Source of the DNA: an uncultured delta proteobacterium
Lineage (GTDB): Bacteria > Desulfobacterota > Binatia > Binatales > Binataceae
Length of the DNA: 64,000 nt
Reading direction: 5' to 3'
Assembly (NCBI GenBank): GCA_963699705.1
Contig: CAVOUW010000003.1
Span: 2,161,776-2,225,775 of the forward strand
Shown: in pieces, positions 28,580 through 41,213 of the stretch
Position numbering within the stretch: position 1 is the stretch's first letter
Layout of the letters: each line of letters opens with the position of its first letter
The notes under the pieces: model-generated
Seen by the model: the letters and a program-made list of their open reading frames with translations, nothing else
Databases searched by the model: none
Told to the model about the DNA's origin: nothing
Program-made: the position numbers and the translations under genes

Positions 28580-29710
28580 GTGCTCGACTTCGCCAGCTAC
28601 ATCGCCGGTTCGTACGGGCCAATGATCCTCGCGCAACTCGGCGCCAAAGTTATCAAGATCGAAAGCCTCGAGGGCGATTCGTTCCGCCATTTCGGCTTCG
28701 GCTTCCTCGGATGGAACCAGGGCAAGCGCGGCCTCGCACTGAATCTTACGACTGACCAGGGCCGCGAAATCATTCACGGACTCGCAGACAAAGCGGACAT
28801 CGTGGTCGAGAACCTGCGCCCGGGCCGGATGCGCAAGTTCGGCTTCGATTACGAAAGCCTCGCCGCGCGCAACCCGCGCATCATCTATATGTCGGTCAAC
28901 GCGTTCGGAAATCGCGGCCCCGAACACAATCAGCCCGGCTTCGATCCGCTGCTGCAGGCGCGCTCGGGCGTAATGGCGGCGCAGGGCGGCCATCACGGGC
29001 ATCCGGTGTACTTGACCTGCGCGATTTGCGATTACGGCGCCGCAATGCTCTCCGCGTTCGGATGCGTCCTCGCACTGCGTGCGCGCGAAATCACGGGACG
29101 CGGGCAATTCTGCGAGACCTCGCTCTTGCAATCCGCGATGGCGTTTCAGGCCGGCGAGTTCGCCTTCTATTCCGGCCGCCCCGACATGGAAAACGGCAGC
29201 TCTGAGAATCGCGGACGCTCCGCCGTTTCGCGCGCCTATCAATCGCGCGATGGCGAATGGCTATTCATCTCACTATCAAATGAAACTCAGTGGCTCGCGC
29301 TACTGACTATTCTGCCCGAACTGCGGAATACTAACTGGGATACGGCGCTAGCGGCTCCGAACGAAGGATCCCTCGCGACCGCACTGGCAGAGCAATTCGC
29401 CAGGCTCAATCGCGACGACGCACTCGCAGCGCTAAAGAAATCCGCAATCCCGGCGACACCGGTAAATCACACGCGCGAACTGTTCGATGATCCCCAGGTC
29501 GCCGCCAACGACCTGATCGCCGAGCTGTCCCATTCGGAATGGGGCCGCGTGAAGCAAACCGGGATGCTGACGAAGTTCTCCGCGACCCCCGGCAAGGTCG
29601 ATCGCGCCGCCCCGATGCTCGGCGAGCACACCGACGAGATCCTCCGCGAGTACCTCGGCTACTCGCCCGACCGAATCGCGAAGCTGCGCGCCGCCCACAT
29701 CATCAAGTGA
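28580..29710 (+). CDS. CaiB/BaiF-family (class III) CoA-transferase, second copy
   Basis: VLDFASYIAGSYGPMILAQLGAKVIKIES...GWNQGKRGLALNL. The listed GTG start truncates the conserved N-terminal GPLDGVTVLD motif (see findings). Confidence 0.8.
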   Translation: MLDFASYIAGSYGPMILAQLGAKVIKIESLEGDSFRHFGFGFLGWNQGKRGLALNLTTDQGREIIHGLADKADIVVENLRPGRMRKFGFDYESLAARNPRIIYMSVNAFGNRGPEHNQPGFDPLLQARSGVMAAQGGHHGHPVYLTCAICDYGAAMLSAFGCVLALRAREITGRGQFCETSLLQSAMAFQAGEFAFYSGRPDMENGSSENRGRSAVSRAYQSRDGEWLFISLSNETQWLALLTILPELRNTNWDTALAAPNEGSLATALAEQFARLNRDDALAALKKSAIPATPVNHTRELFDDPQVAANDLIAELSHSEWGRVKQTGMLTKFSATPGKVDRAAPMLGEHTDEILREYLGYSPDRIAKLRAAHIIK

Positions 29711-29721
29711 AAAAGTGATCG

Positions 29722-30264
29722 ATGGATCCTGAGGCGTCCGCCATCATCACGCCGCACCTGCTGGCCCGCGAAACCCTCCTCTGGTGCGGCCGCCCGCACG
29801 ACACGACCGCTCTTCGCTGGCGCGCCGGCATCGTCATCCTGGTAGGAATCGCGGCGCTCGCATTGCGATCGTTACCGCTCGACTCCGACCTCGCCGAGCG
29901 CGCCAACATCAATTCAATCCTCCTCGCAATCCTGGTGGTGGTCCTGATCGCAGAAGCGATGGTGTTCCATCGCTACCTGTCGAACACGTTCTACGGTGTA
30001 ACCAACCAACGCGTGATCATTGTCTCAGGGCTGCGCGAGCCAGAAATGATTGCGGTGTTTCTCGATCTGCTGAACACTCCGCAACTGCGCGTGCGTCGTA
30101 TCCGCGGCAATCTGGAATTGAGCCCGATGATTAGTCAGTCACCATTTCTGCCATTCGCCAACCCTAGTGTCGGACACGAATGCTATCGCCTGCTAGCCCT
30201 CGAGGACCCGCGACGAGTGTACGACCTCATCGTCGAATCCGCACACGCACTGAATAGTCAGTAG
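29722..30264 (+). CDS. bacterial PH-domain (bPH_2/YdbT-like) membrane protein
   Basis: Two TM helices, then YGVTNQRVIIVSGL (the YxxTNxRvi motif of bPH_2). Confidence 0.55.
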   Translation: MDPEASAIITPHLLARETLLWCGRPHDTTALRWRAGIVILVGIAALALRSLPLDSDLAERANINSILLAILVVVLIAEAMVFHRYLSNTFYGVTNQRVIIVSGLREPEMIAVFLDLLNTPQLRVRRIRGNLELSPMISQSPFLPFANPSVGHECYRLLALEDPRRVYDLIVESAHALNSQ

Positions 30265-30275
30265 CGACGTACTTA

Positions 30276-31373
30276 CTACACGATTCGCAAATAGTCAGGT
30301 GACGGCAGCGGCGGGAATTTTGCCGACGGCAGCGTCTGGTACCAATATGCTACCGACGCGATGTCGTCCTGGAGCGGCAGGAACTCGGCGCCCTTGCGCG
30401 GATCGCCCAGCCATCCGAGCGCCTGGATTGTCACCCGCAAATCCCGCGTGAACCTGATCGGGTCCGCGATATGCCATCGGTACATGCCGAATCTCTGCTG
30501 CGACGCGTACAGCCCGTCCGGCCGAATCACTTGCGCCAATCCTGCGTAGGGCGTGGTGAATTCGCGATAACCGCCGTTTTCCTTGCCGACGTCGAAATTG
30601 TACGAGCCGCAAAAATAATCCTCGGTGCCGGTGCCGCAGATCGTCGGAAACTCGGTATCGCCGTCGATGAAAAACTTGATCTCGCCTTCACCCCACCATC
30701 CGTTGTTGTTAACTCCCCACGCCATGTACGTGCCGACGTATTGCCCCCGCCCGGTTATCCCATCGACAATTGTGTAAACGGTTTTGTATGGCAGCGGATT
30801 GACGCGTCGGAACTGTGCATGGAAGTAGGCAGCGTCAGTAGCTACTTCAGTGAGTACATAGTTGATTTGATAAAATAGTATCATTGCCGTCTCGGCAGTA
30901 TTGGACATAGTAATCAGGCATCGCTTGCGAAATGGCATTTCCCAATAGCAATTGAACGCGCTGCCGGGATTTACGCACACCGCCAGCGACGAAACCTGCG
31001 CGTATTTGTTCCATCCACACGCGAAAAAATCTCCGACCGGACATTCCACCGACGGCTCCGGCGATCCGTCCCAGTAAATTCTGAGGATGCTCGAGCGCCA
31101 CTGTCCGGTCGGCGTCATCCAGATCTGCGCGATCGCGCCCGCGCCCGAAATATCGGCGAGTACTTTGACCTCGCCCGGCTCGATCACGACGTACGGCGCG
31201 ACCTTCCATCCGCGGCCGAGCTTTCGCGCCGGACTCTTGGCCAGGTCCGGCATTGCCATCGCACCTTTGCCCTTTTCGCCGGTCGGATTTTCGGGACTGA
31301 TCGATCGGCTCTCGGCATTTGAAAGTAGCGCGAGATTACCCAGGTGCATGCCGAGTCCGTTGAACGATGCCAT
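30276..31373 (-). CDS. DUF2961 (glycoside hydrolase family 172-like) protein
   Basis: MASFNGLGMHLGNLALLSNAESRSISPENPTGEKGKG...WGEGEIKFFIDGDTEFPTICGTGTEDYFCGSYNF is the DUF2961 signature. Confidence 0.75.
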   Translation of the reverse strand: MASFNGLGMHLGNLALLSNAESRSISPENPTGEKGKGAMAMPDLAKSPARKLGRGWKVAPYVVIEPGEVKVLADISGAGAIAQIWMTPTGQWRSSILRIYWDGSPEPSVECPVGDFFACGWNKYAQVSSLAVCVNPGSAFNCYWEMPFRKRCLITMSNTAETAMILFYQINYVLTEVATDAAYFHAQFRRVNPLPYKTVYTIVDGITGRGQYVGTYMAWGVNNNGWWGEGEIKFFIDGDTEFPTICGTGTEDYFCGSYNFDVGKENGGYREFTTPYAGLAQVIRPDGLYASQQRFGMYRWHIADPIRFTRDLRVTIQALGWLGDPRKGAEFLPLQDDIASVAYWYQTLPSAKFPPLPSPDYLRIV

Positions 31374-31446
31374 CGCGTGCGCCTCCTTGTGACGAGCCGC
31401 GCAATTCTAGTCAGGTCGCGTCGCGATGCGGAAGAAGTTCAGTCGC

Positions 31447-32409
31447 TTACAATTCGAGATCGACGGTCACGAAATCATGATCGGACACGCGGCGCATCAT
31501 GATCGGCGATCGCGGAGTGATCACCGCGGCCGTCCCGGCGATCGGATGGAGGTCGCGGACCGCGAGCCAATCAAGTTTTGGCCGCATCGATCGCGGAATC
31601 ACTCCGGAGAAGGTGAATGTCGGCCGATTCGCGACGTTGACGCCATCGATCTCGAGCCGATGCGCTCGCAGATGCTCGAACAGGGGCTCGTATGGCTGCG
31701 GCGCGCGAAACCGCGCGGGATTCGCGATCATCTCTCGCGCCGTCCAACGCAAATCATGCCAGCTCGACAGCTGAGTGGTCGTGGTATTCAAATCGCCGCC
31801 GAAAACGGCGCGCCCGGTGACCGGGAACGATTCGAGGTAAGTCGCCAGCTGACGCGCGCGCTCAGGCGGCGTGCATCGGCTATGCAGATGCGCGAGGCCG
31901 ACGGTCAATTCTCGACCGCCGAAATTGATTTTGGTGACGATTCCAGTCGGCGTTCCGACCCGCGACCAGTTCCGGTTGCGGCGCAACATGCGCGGCGTGC
32001 GCGGATTGTGCATCGCGACCGCGACCACATCATCGAATGGCACGGCGCTCAGGATCGCGTTGCCCAGGTACCCGCGGATTTCTCCGCTCTCGTTGATCAC
32101 GCCGAACTCGCGGACGTACGCGCAGCTCATCTCGAGCATCGATGCCATCTCCACCGCAACGTCGCGGCGCGCTGACGGCCTCGTCCCCTTCGCATTGACT
32201 TCGCACAAAAGGATGACGTCTGCGCCTTGCAGCGGCGGACGCTTCAGACATGCGACGATTTCGGGGAACCCTCTGCCCCCGGCCGCGTTGAGCAGCACGA
32301 CTCGCAGGCGCGATCCGGGCCGGCGCGCCGCGCGATTCACCACGATCGGCGGAAAAGGCGGTGCGAGCTTCGGGACAGCCGCGTTGAGATCGAGCGCGTC
32401 GCGATGCAT
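31447..32409 (-). CDS. endonuclease/exonuclease/phosphatase (EEP) family protein
   Basis: [11 protein letters not shown]...[10 protein letters not shown]...[10 protein letters not shown]...FGGDLNTT...[11 protein letters not shown]. Confidence 0.75.
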   Translation of the reverse strand: MHRDALDLNAAVPKLAPPFPPIVVNRAARRPGSRLRVVLLNAAGGRGFPEIVACLKRPPLQGADVILLCEVNAKGTRPSARRDVAVEMASMLEMSCAYVREFGVINESGEIRGYLGNAILSAVPFDDVVAVAMHNPRTPRMLRRNRNWSRVGTPTGIVTKINFGGRELTVGLAHLHSRCTPPERARQLATYLESFPVTGRAVFGGDLNTTTTQLSSWHDLRWTAREMIANPARFRAPQPYEPLFEHLRAHRLEIDGVNVANRPTFTFSGVIPRSMRPKLDWLAVRDLHPIAGTAAVITPRSPIMMRRVSDHDFVTVDLEL

Positions 32410-32418
32410 CGCCGGAAA

Positions 32419-34457
<2,039 letters not shown>

Positions 34458-34539
34458 CCGGTTCGGGCTTGCGCCCGGAATGACTGTCGGCGATTTTTTT
34501 CCTGGCTCATGAATCTCACATAATCCTATCTGCGTCCCG

Positions 34540-36365
34540 ATGCTCTGTCATACCGATCGAAACGACACCGTCGGATGGCAGAGGATGGAGCGCGCCAGTT
34601 ACAATTCGCTGCTATGGTCTCCGCATCCGCACCGCGCGACTCGATCGCATCGCAGCACGAATCGCACCGACGATTCGCGATTCCGCTTCTATGCCGGCGC
34701 CGTCCTCGTTCTCACTGCGATTCTTTTCTTCACGCGCCTCGGTGCGCGAGCGCTGTGGTCCTCGGAATTCCGATGGGCCGAAATCGCGCGCGAGATGCTC
34801 GTGACGCACAACTATTTCTGGCCGACGATCAACGGCCACGTCTATTACGACAAGCCGCTGGGCTCGTACTGGCTGGTAATTTTCTCGACACCGTTCACAG
34901 GAGGCCTCAACGAAGCGGCCACGCGTCTGCCCAGCGCGATCGCCGGACTGCTGGCGGTCGGCAATACTCATGCTGCTCGACGCGACGGCTCTACGACGCT
35001 CGCACCGCGATACTTTCCGGCGTCATCCTCGCGACCAGCTTCAGCTTCGTATTCTTTTCGCGCGACGCCAGCGCCGACGTCGAGACGATCGCCGGCGAAC
35101 TCGCGGCGCTGCTGCTCTTCAACTACAACGAGGAGCGCGGCACTGGAATCTGGATCGTCGGCCTGTGGCTTATCATGGCCGCGACGTCGCTCACCAAAGG
35201 CTTGCTCGGATTCGCGCTGCCGCTGCTGATGATTGGCGCATACTCATGCCTGCGCGACGGATGGGCACAATTGTTTCAGGAAGTTTCCCGAGGCTCACTC
35301 GCTGATCGAATACGGCGGCTCATCGATCGCAACCGATGGTTCTTCAACTGGTACACGATCGTTGGCATCGCGATCGGCGGCTTCGTTTACTACCTGCCGT
35401 TCGAAATCTCGGCGCGCATGATGGGCACGCAAAAGGGCCTCGCGATGGTTTATCGCGAGAACGTCGTGCGTTTTTTCCATCCTTTCGACCATCGCGGCCC
35501 TATCTACTTATACATCTACGTGATCTTCGGCCTGATGGCGCCATGGTCGGCGCTGTTGCCAGCCGCCCTGGTCGAAACGCACAGCTTGCGACGTGCCAAT
35601 GCCGAGCCGGCGCGCAGCGATCGATTCGCGCTGGTATATTTCTGGGCGACGTTCATATTTTTCACGCTGTCCGGATCGCGCCGCAGCTACTACATCCTGC
35701 CGATTCTGCCTGCCGCGGCGATGCTGGTCGCACGAACGCTCGCGTATCCCGGCGAACTACGCTCGACGTTCGCCCGCCGCTTGATGATTATCGGCTACGC
35801 GATCGTAGCGATCGCCGCTGTCGGAGGCATTATCCTGCTGATTCCGGCCTGGGCGGTTTTGCCGAGCCCTTATGACGCTCTGCCTGACCTGCCCGCGAAA
35901 TCCGCCTTCATAGTATTCTGGATTGTCTCAGTCGGCGCGGTCGTCTACGCGATTCGCAAATTCAGCCCATATCAAGTCGCAATTTCGATGGCGGCAATTT
36001 CCTACCTTGTGATGGCCTACATATATATCTTCGCGATGCCCGCTGCGGAGGCCTATCGGGGCGAAAAACCGTTCGGTTATGCGGTGCTGAACAAGATTGG
36101 CGGTTCCACGGATCACCTGGTCCTGTTCAAGACCGAGGGGCCGCTGTTCTATCTCAATCCGCCCAAGCCCCTGCCTGAGTTTGAAGACAAGCAGGACTTG
36201 CAGGATGCGATTGCGAATGGGGGCGCCAAATGGATGATTGTCCGCCGCCGCGACATGCCGAAGCTCGACACTGCGACGACGATTGAGCTTAGTGAGGCGT
36301 CATATCCGTGGGAGACCGATTACAATTTCCGGAATAAGGTGGTGCTGGTGAAGATCGGCAACTGA
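34540..36365 (+). pseudogene. GT39-family (ArnT/PMT-like) membrane glycosyltransferase, apparent frameshift(s) near codon 140
   Basis: N-terminus in frame 1 (RLGARALWSSEFRWAEIAREMLVTHNYFWPTINGHVYYDKPLGSYWLVIFSTPFTGGLNEAATRLPSAIAGLLAVG). The remainder is in frame 0 (…RRLYDARTAILSGVILATSFSFVFFSRDASADV… to 36365). A short ILMLL segment is readable only in frame 2 around 34960..34990. Confidence 0.65.
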
Positions 36366-36390
36366 GTCCGAAGGTCGTGCTGGATGCGAA

Positions 36391-36433
36391 GAACCTAACC
36401 CCTAACCCTTTCCCGAGCGGGAAGGGGAACCAG
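36391..36433 (+). repeat. family 2 GC-rich hairpin repeat (copy 1)
   Basis: GAACCTAACCCCTAACCCTTTCCCGAGCGGGAAGGGGAACCAG, with the stem CCCTTTCCCG/CGGGAAGGGG. It sits between the convergent GT39 and dnaN genes. Confidence 0.75.
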
Positions 36434-36450
36434 ATTTAAGGCATCGCTTG

Positions 36451-37593
36451 CTAGAGTCGCATCGGCATGACGACGTAGGTGTACTGCTGATCCGTCTCGG
36501 TTCTGATGACGCCGGGGCTGACGTCGTCGCTTAGTCCGAGTTCTACTGTCGAATCCGCTTCCTGCGAAATTACGCCGAGGGCTTGCTGTACGTATGACGC
36601 GTTGAATCCGATCGCGAATTCTTCGCTCTTGAAATCGACGTCGAGCGATTCGCTGGCTTCCCCGGTTTCGGGACTCGTCGATGAGACCGTCAGCGTCCCG
36701 GCCGATAGCGCGAATTTGACGCCGTGATATCGCTCGCTGGAGAAGATTGCCGCGCGTTTGATTGCCGCAAACAGCAGATCACGCTTTACCGTGATTTTGT
36801 ATTTCGACTGCTTGGGGATTACACCGCGATAGTCAGGAAATTCGCCTTCGACCAGCCGCATCGAGACTTCAGTCGCGCCGCGCTTCAAATACGCGAGCTG
36901 ACCTTCGAGGCTCAGGCGCACTTCCGGTTCGGTGCCGACATCCAGAATCTTGCGCAGTTCCGCGAGACCCTTTCGCGGAATGATCGCGCCGCTTGGCATC
37001 GCGAATCCCGGCACCTCGCGCTCGATCATCGCGAGGCGATGCCCATCGGTCGCGACCATCCGAACCGCTCCGGGAGCGTTGGACTCGACAAACACGCCGC
37101 TCAAGTTGTAGCGCGCTTCATCGGGACTGACCGCGAAGATCGTTTTGTCGATCATCTGGGCCAGCACTGTCGCTGGGATCGCCAGTTCGGCCTTGAGCTG
37201 TTTCTTCGCTGCGCCAGAATCCTTGCCGGTGCTCTGACTTGGCATCGCGGGGAAGCTGCGCGGATCGAGGCCCATCATTTTGAACTTCGCGCGCCCGCAT
37301 TTCAGCTCGACCCAATCGCCATCAAGCGTCGTCAGCGCGACTTCCTCGCCTTCGGTCTCGCGCACGATTTCAAAAAGTTTGCGCGCGTTGAGGGTCAGAC
37401 TTTTTTCCTTGCCGCTACACGCGACCTGGGTGCGAATTCCGACTTCGAGGTCGGTGGCGCTGAGCGTCAGCGCGTTTCCGTTTGGCTCGAGCAGGACGTG
37501 ACCGAGGATCGGAACCGTCGTGCGCCGTTCCACGATGCCCTGGACGAGTCCCAAACCGCTAAGCAGCGAAGCGCGCTCGATTGCGAGTCCCAT
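36451..37593 (-). CDS. dnaN: DNA polymerase III subunit beta (sliding clamp)
   Basis: MGLAIERASLLSGLGLVQGIVERRTTVPILGHVLLEPNGNALTLSATDLEVGI…three-domain clamp. About 380 aa. Confidence 0.9.
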   Translation of the reverse strand: MGLAIERASLLSGLGLVQGIVERRTTVPILGHVLLEPNGNALTLSATDLEVGIRTQVACSGKEKSLTLNARKLFEIVRETEGEEVALTTLDGDWVELKCGRAKFKMMGLDPRSFPAMPSQSTGKDSGAAKKQLKAELAIPATVLAQMIDKTIFAVSPDEARYNLSGVFVESNAPGAVRMVATDGHRLAMIEREVPGFAMPSGAIIPRKGLAELRKILDVGTEPEVRLSLEGQLAYLKRGATEVSMRLVEGEFPDYRGVIPKQSKYKITVKRDLLFAAIKRAAIFSSERYHGVKFALSAGTLTVSSTSPETGEASESLDVDFKSEEFAIGFNASYVQQALGVISQEADSTVELGLSDDVSPGVIRTETDQQYTYVVMPMRL

Positions 37594-37833
37594 GAATTGT
37601 TAGCCCGTCTTCCTATTCCGGATCTTTAGATCTCTAAAAAAGAATAGCAGTAATAGTAGGAGTTGTGGATTTGTTGATGGAGCCCGCAAGCGACCGAAAT
37701 TGAACGCCGATCGATCGCTGAAAAGCTGTCGGCGAAAAAACGGCTACTCGACAGGGCCGGCCGTCCGCGCACCGACCCTGTCGATAGCTCCAGGTTTATG
37801 CTCCCCTCGTCCACAGCCTCCCCCACAATCGAT

Positions 37834-39258
37834 TCACGCCGCATTCGCGCGGATCGATTTAAGCTCGCGCTCGATTTTCTCGATCGAGAGCCGAAAAGCC
37901 GAATCACTGGTCACGCGCCGCATGATCAGGTTGTACGCGTGAATCACCGTCGAATGGTCGCGCCCGAAATGTTCGCCGATGGTCGGAAACGAGCTGTCGG
38001 TCAGCTTGCGGCAGAGATACATCGCGACCTGGCGGCAGAATGCGATGTGCTGCGTGCGCTTCTTCGACTTCAAATCCGTCAGCCGGATATGGAAAAAATC
38101 CGCGACGGTTTTCTGGATCGATTCGACGTCGGGCTTCGCGTCGTGATTGCGAATCAAATCCTGTAGCGCCTGCCGCGCGAAGTCCACGGTGATTGCCGAT
38201 TGGTTGAGCGACGCGAGCGCCGCCAGCCGCGTCAGGCATCCCTCGAGCTCGCGAACATTCGACGAAACGCTCTGCGCGATATACATCGCGACTTCGGGCG
38301 CCAGTCGCAGGTTTTCGAGCACCGCCTTCTTCTGCACGATCGCGACGCGGGTCTCGAGGTCGGGCGGTGCGATGTCCGCGATCAAGCCCATCTCGAAGCG
38401 ATTGCGCAGCCGCTCCTCGAGCCCCGGAATTTCGCGCGGCACTTTGTCCGAGGTCAGGATGATCTGATGCCGTTCGGCATGGAGCGCGTTGAACGTGTGG
38501 AAGAATTCTTCCTGCGTGCGCTCGCGACCGGCCAGGAATTGCACGTCGTCGAGGATCAAAGTATCAACGCGTCGAAACTTTTCGCGAAACTCGTTCATTT
38601 TGTCGCGCCGCAGCGAGCCGATCAGCTCGTTCATGAAAATCTCGGCCGGCATGAACAGCACTTTCCGCGGCCGCTCGCCGACGGCGTAGATATGGTGCCC
38701 GATCGCGGTCACCAGGTGCGTCTTGCCCAGGCCGACCCCGCCGTAGATGAAAAGCGGGTTGTATTTTTCGCCCGGCTGATTGGCGACCGCCTGGGCCGCG
38801 GCATGCGCGAACTGATTGGCCGATCCCACCACGAACTCCGCAAAACTGTAGCGGGCGTTCAGGGTCGGATGACGATCTCCACGCGGCGCAGCCGCCGTGG
38901 TCGCGCGATTGGTCGCATACGCCTTGCCGTTACCGTTCCCGTTAGCATGGCCGTTGCCATTTGAATGGCCGTTGGCATGACCATTGGCCGGACGTTGTGG
39001 CGGCGTCACGGCCGCAGCATTCTCGCCCAGCGTCAGCCGCACCTCGATTTCGCCGCCGGCCTCGGCCGACAGCGCGGAGCGCATCATGCTCATGTAGCGA
39101 TCGTTGATCCAATCGCGAAAAAATCGGTTGGGCGCTTCGACCGTGACCGTCGAACCTTGATGAGCGACAAAATTAAGCGGCCCAATCCACGTCTCGTACC
39201 CGACCTGACCGAGCTCATCGCGCATACGGTCCGCAGCCCGCTGCCATAGTCCATTCAT
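37834..39258 (-). CDS. dnaA: chromosomal replication initiator protein DnaA
   Basis: [28 protein letters not shown]…[10 protein letters not shown] (Walker A)…DDVQFL…a C-terminal DNA-binding domain (HSTVIHA). ATG at 39256..39258 is preceded by GGGGGAA. The ORF opens at GTG 39276. Confidence 0.9.
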   Translation of the reverse strand: MNGLWQRAADRMRDELGQVGYETWIGPLNFVAHQGSTVTVEAPNRFFRDWINDRYMSMMRSALSAEAGGEIEVRLTLGENAAAVTPPQRPANGHANGHSNGNGHANGNGNGKAYATNRATTAAAPRGDRHPTLNARYSFAEFVVGSANQFAHAAAQAVANQPGEKYNPLFIYGGVGLGKTHLVTAIGHHIYAVGERPRKVLFMPAEIFMNELIGSLRRDKMNEFREKFRRVDTLILDDVQFLAGRERTQEEFFHTFNALHAERHQIILTSDKVPREIPGLEERLRNRFEMGLIADIAPPDLETRVAIVQKKAVLENLRLAPEVAMYIAQSVSSNVRELEGCLTRLAALASLNQSAITVDFARQALQDLIRNHDAKPDVESIQKTVADFFHIRLTDLKSKKRTQHIAFCRQVAMYLCRKLTDSSFPTIGEHFGRDHSTVIHAYNLIMRRVTSDSAFRLSIEKIERELKSIRANAA

Positions 39259-39345
39259 ATCGTTCCCCCTGACCACCCCGGAAGCCCAAGCCCGCTCCGG
39301 AAATTAGCGCGCCGGCATCGATCCGGCGCGAATTACGCACAGTCT

Positions 39346-39365
39346 TATCCACACCTGTGGATAAG
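39346..39365. promoter_or_regulatory. inverted pair of perfect DnaA boxes (TTATCCACA cc TGTGGATAA)
   Basis: Exact matches to the DnaA-box consensus at 39346..39354 and its reverse complement at 39357..39365, 88 nt upstream of dnaA. Confidence 0.75.
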
Positions 39366-39604
39366 CGGTTATTCCTTCGTTACAACCAACAATTTGACGG
39401 CACGACACGCCGGACTATCAACTCATCCGGGTTACGATCGGTTCTGTTAGGGTGAAAATTTTGTTCGACGATAGGGGCGATATACACGCGCTTCGGAGCC
39501 ATAGATCACGCGCCGCGAAATGAACCTGTCAGTGAAGATTGGTTCTTGTAAGTACGAAGTGTGCGGCCAAGTGAACGTGATAAACTTATTTCGTGGCGAG
39601 GACA

Positions 39605-39850
39605 AGTGCGCAAAAAAATTCGTCGCTATACGCGCGGAACGTAAAGGAAATTTCCCTGATCAGTGATCGCGCGCAGTGCGCACAAAATTTTGCATCGATC
39701 ATGCGATCGCGCATATCTGCTCTGGGAGCCATCATGCGCGATCGCAAATTTTCGCGTCTCGACGCAAATTTGTCACGCGATCGACGCGCGCGATCAAATT
39801 TTTCTTCGCGATCGAAAAAAAAATTTCGATCCCACGAGATCTTCGAGCAT
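39605..39850. repeat. AT-rich array of GATC-containing 13-mer-like repeats (candidate DNA-unwinding element of oriC)
   Basis: At least 6 copies of (C)GCGATCG(C/A)AAATTTT-like units (GTGCGCAAAAAAATTCG, GTGCGCACAAAATTTTGCATCGATC, GCGCGATCGCAAATTTTCG, GACGCAAATTTGTCACGCGATCG, GCGCGATCAAATTTTTC, GCGATCGAAAAAAAAATTTCGATCC). There are 8 GATC sites within about 150 bp. Confidence 0.55.
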
Positions 39851-39855
39851 TCGCG

Positions 39856-41154
39856 GTGACCTCACGAAAAAAATCAGATGAACTCGTCAAGCGCGCCAGT
39901 GTTAACATTCCTGGTGCGGTGAATTCTCCCGTGCGCGCGTGGAAGGCAGTTGGTGCTGCTCCAATTTTCATCGAGAGTGGCAACGGTGCAACAATCACTG
40001 ACGCCGACGGCAACAATTTTCTCGACTACGTTTGCTCCTACGGACCCGCGATTCTCGGACATGCTGATCCACGCGTCATGCGCGCGATCGCAGAGCAATC
40101 GCGATTGGGCTTGGGTTTCGGCGCGCCGACGCGGCTCGAAGTTGAGCTCGCCGAATTGATCTTGTCGTCGATCGAATGTGCACAAAAAGTAAGATTGGTT
40201 ACTTCGGGAACCGAAGCTGGTCTCACTGCGATCAGACTCGCGCGCGCCGCCACCGGTCGCGAGAACATAATTAAGTTTGACGGGTGCTATCACGGTCATA
40301 GTGACTCGATGCTGGTGCGCGCCGGTTCGGGCGGGATGACTCTTGGTCAACCCGACAGCGCTGGAGTTCCGGCCGCGCTCGCTGCGATGACGATGGTTGC
40401 GCGATATAACGCGATTGAAACGGTCGAAGGTTTATTTCGCGCCGCGCCTGGGAAAATCGCTGCCGTGATCGTCGAGCCCGTCGCCGCTAACATGGGCGTA
40501 GTAAATCCTGACCCGGGTTCACTGAAAGCGCTGGCCGAAATCGCTCACAACAACGGTGCGCTGCTGATCTGTGACGAAGTTATATCGGGGTTCCGACTCT
40601 GCTTCGGCTCCGTTGCCGAAAGCATGGGCATCGCGCCCGACTTGATCATGCTCGGAAAAATAATCGGCGGCGGGATGCCTGTGGGCGCGATCGCCGGCCC
40701 GTCGAAGATCATGGACCTGCTCGCGCCGGTCGGTCCGGTTTATCAAGCGGGCACATTGTCGGGAAATCCGCTTTCTGTTCGCGCCGGTCTCGAAACACTT
40801 CGCATCCTCAAAGACAGCAATCCATACGCCGCGCTTGACGACGCCGGCGCCCGACTCCAAGCCGGCCTCCGCGATGCTCTGAAAAAAACCGGACAGCCTG
40901 GATGCGTTAATCGCGCCGGCTCCCTACTGACGATGTTCCTCGGGCCCGAGCGGGTGCGCGACGCCGACGAAGCTCGCACGTCCGACGCCGCGAAGTTCGC
41001 TAAATTTTTCCATGGCATGATCGATCGCGGCATCAATATCCCGCCGTCGCAATTCGAAGCTATGTTCATCTCGACCGCACACACCAACACAGACATCGAC
41101 CGCACGATCGCTGCCGCCAACGAATCTCTGCGGGATCTCTCGCGAGCGACATGA
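39856..41154 (+). CDS. hemL: glutamate-1-semialdehyde 2,1-aminomutase
   Basis: (GTG)TSRKKSDELVKRASVNIPGAVNSPVRAWKAVGAAPIFIE…GTEAGLTAIRLARA…the PLP-lysine region GKIIGGGMPVGA. The start is uncertain (see findings). Confidence 0.85.
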   Translation: MTSRKKSDELVKRASVNIPGAVNSPVRAWKAVGAAPIFIESGNGATITDADGNNFLDYVCSYGPAILGHADPRVMRAIAEQSRLGLGFGAPTRLEVELAELILSSIECAQKVRLVTSGTEAGLTAIRLARAATGRENIIKFDGCYHGHSDSMLVRAGSGGMTLGQPDSAGVPAALAAMTMVARYNAIETVEGLFRAAPGKIAAVIVEPVAANMGVVNPDPGSLKALAEIAHNNGALLICDEVISGFRLCFGSVAESMGIAPDLIMLGKIIGGGMPVGAIAGPSKIMDLLAPVGPVYQAGTLSGNPLSVRAGLETLRILKDSNPYAALDDAGARLQAGLRDALKKTGQPGCVNRAGSLLTMFLGPERVRDADEARTSDAAKFAKFFHGMIDRGINIPPSQFEAMFISTAHTNTDIDRTIAAANESLRDLSRAT

Positions 41155-41213
41155 AAGCCGACTAGTGTTTTTCTTCACTGGTTGAGAATTCTCGAGGTCT
41201 TGAGGTCACAGCA

